NCBI GenBank assembly: GCA_029953675.1 | Contig: JAMWBK010000003.1 | Location: 1,116,001 to 1,180,000, forward strand | Reading direction: 5' to 3' | Length of the DNA stretch: 64,000 nucleotides | From: Rhodosorus marinus CCMP1338 | Taxonomy: Eukaryota > Plantae > Rhodophyta | Shown: positions 62,983 to 64,000 of the stretch, one piece after another | Numbering within the stretch: position 1 is the stretch's first letter | Layout: each line of letters begins with the position of its first letter | Translations under genes and position numbers: made by a program | The notes under the pieces: generated by a model | What the model was told of the DNA's origin: nothing | What the model saw: the letters and a program-made list of their open reading frames with translations, nothing else | Databases searched by the model: none

Positions 62983-64000
62983 ATGGAGCAGGATAGCGAT
63001 TTGATGAGCGCGATTTATGCTCATCTTAGACGAGCAGGATTGGATCGAGCCTGTACAGTTTTGAGGAAGGCTGGTGTTAAGGTGCGGTTCTTACAAGTTT
63101 GATTTTGTCTGGATGATCTGATGATACTTGGGGTTCGCCTTACTGAAGTTTGCTCTGCTCCTTGGCTTTTCTTTTTGTTCCGTAGGAGCCGACAGAAGAT
63201 GGAGAATCATTGCTCGAGATGTGGAGGAAGCGAAAGCTGAGTACTGACGAAGGGGAGAGACCGGGGAAGAAGGTGAAGAAGAGTGAGAGTGAGGACGACA
63301 GTGAAATGTCTGACTCTGAGGATAGTAGTGCATCCGATAGCGATGATGAGGAGAGCGGCGAGGGCGAGGCTACGACTGGAGATATCTCTAGAAAGCGGGG
63401 CCGAGACGAAGAAGAAAGCGATGAAGACGGCAGCAGCGAAGATGGAAGCGACGAAGAGGAGAGCAGTGAAGAAGGTAGCGATGAGGATGAAAGTGACGAT
63501 GATAGCAGTAAGGAAGAAAGCAGCAATGAAAGCGATGAATCCAGCGTGGAGGAGAAGGGCAAGAGGAAGCAGGAAAATGCCAAGGAAGAAGAATCCAGTA
63601 GCGAGGAGGAGAGTAGCGACGCAGATGATGAAAGCGATGCGGAAGAGAGCGAGGAAGAGAGTGGAAAAGATATAAGCGATGAGGAAGAAAGTAGTGATGA
63701 CAGCGGCAGTGGCGATGAGGAAGAAGATGGGGACGAGGATAGCAGCAGTGATGACGAGGAAGAAGATAAGCACAAGGATAGCAGCACTAGTGATGAGGAA
63801 GAAGACAAGGACGCGGATAGCAGCAGCAGTGGTGAGGCAGAAGATGGGGACGAGGATAGCAGCAGTAGTAATGAGGAAGAGGATAAGGACGAGGATAGCA
63901 GTAGTAGTGATGAGGAAGAAGACAAGGACGAGGATAGCAGCAGTAGTAATGAGGAAGAGGATAAGGACGAGGATAGCAGTAGTAATGATGAGGAAGAAGA
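62983..64000 (+). CDS. Nopp140/Srp40-like nucleolar phosphoprotein (LisH + acidic Ser-rich repeats), truncated by window end
   Basis: Exon 1 (62983-63081) MEQDSDLMSAIYAHLRRAGLDRACTVLRKAGVK is LisH-like. After intron 63082-63185 an open S/D/E-rich frame runs off the window. The diagnostic C-terminal domain is not visible. Confidence 0.65.
63697..64000 (+). repeat. Coding tandem repeat, 39-bp unit (about EDSSSSNEEEDKD), ~8 copies visible
   Basis: GAGGATAGCAGCAGTAGTAATGAGGAAGAGGATAAGGAC and variants, in frame within the acidic ORF. Confidence 0.9.

Noticed and set aside
63140-63925. 261-aa and 188-aa minus-strand ORFs (Ser/Leu- and Phe/Ile-rich)
   Set aside because: Antisense shadows of the plus-strand acidic repeat; low-complexity sequence lacks stops on the reverse strand.
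63697-64000. Regular repeats resembling a CRISPR array or telomere
   Set aside because: No unique spacers; the unit is a multiple of 3 and lies in an open coding frame.
24111-64000. Functional cluster of Pol I / nucleolar genes (RPB12, RPA2, Nopp140-like)
   Set aside because: Spread over 40 kb among unrelated genes; consistent with chance in a gene-dense genome.

Overview
Gene-dense eukaryotic nuclear DNA: about 50% GC coding blocks, many short GT-AG introns (mostly ~50-110 bp), and AT-rich, strand-skewed intergenic blocks. A nuclear cyanobacterial-type rpl17 with an 'MAFV...' transit peptide and no signal peptide, plus a Tic22 domain, suggest an alga with a primary plastid, most likely a red alga (inference). 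About 22 spliced or single-exon genes were reconstructed by hand: sterol C5-desaturase, METTL21-like methyltransferase, HAUS7/AUG7-like, plastid rpl17, HEATR5/Laa1-like, a longin-like protein, a TPR co-chaperone, RPB12, a FAR1/WRKY-GCM1-like zinc-finger protein, an ankyrin protein, GNA1, ThiD, APH-1, RPA2, a nucleotidyltransferase+JmjC gene, a QIP/Gfd2-like DEDDh exonuclease, Sec61 gamma, a PHD-PHD-GNAT protein, MSH5, a Shewanella-like phosphatase, a TPR+Tic22 protein, and a truncated Nopp140/Srp40-like gene. Non-coding features include a 123-bp hAT-like MITE and a perfect 19-bp palindrome over a stop codon. The most unusual items are two apparent domain fusions: TPR-Tic22 without a transit peptide, and Pol-beta-type nucleotidyltransferase-JmjC hydroxylase. 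All family calls come from motif recognition, not database searches, and exon boundaries are manual predictions. No tRNA, rRNA or CRISPR array was seen.
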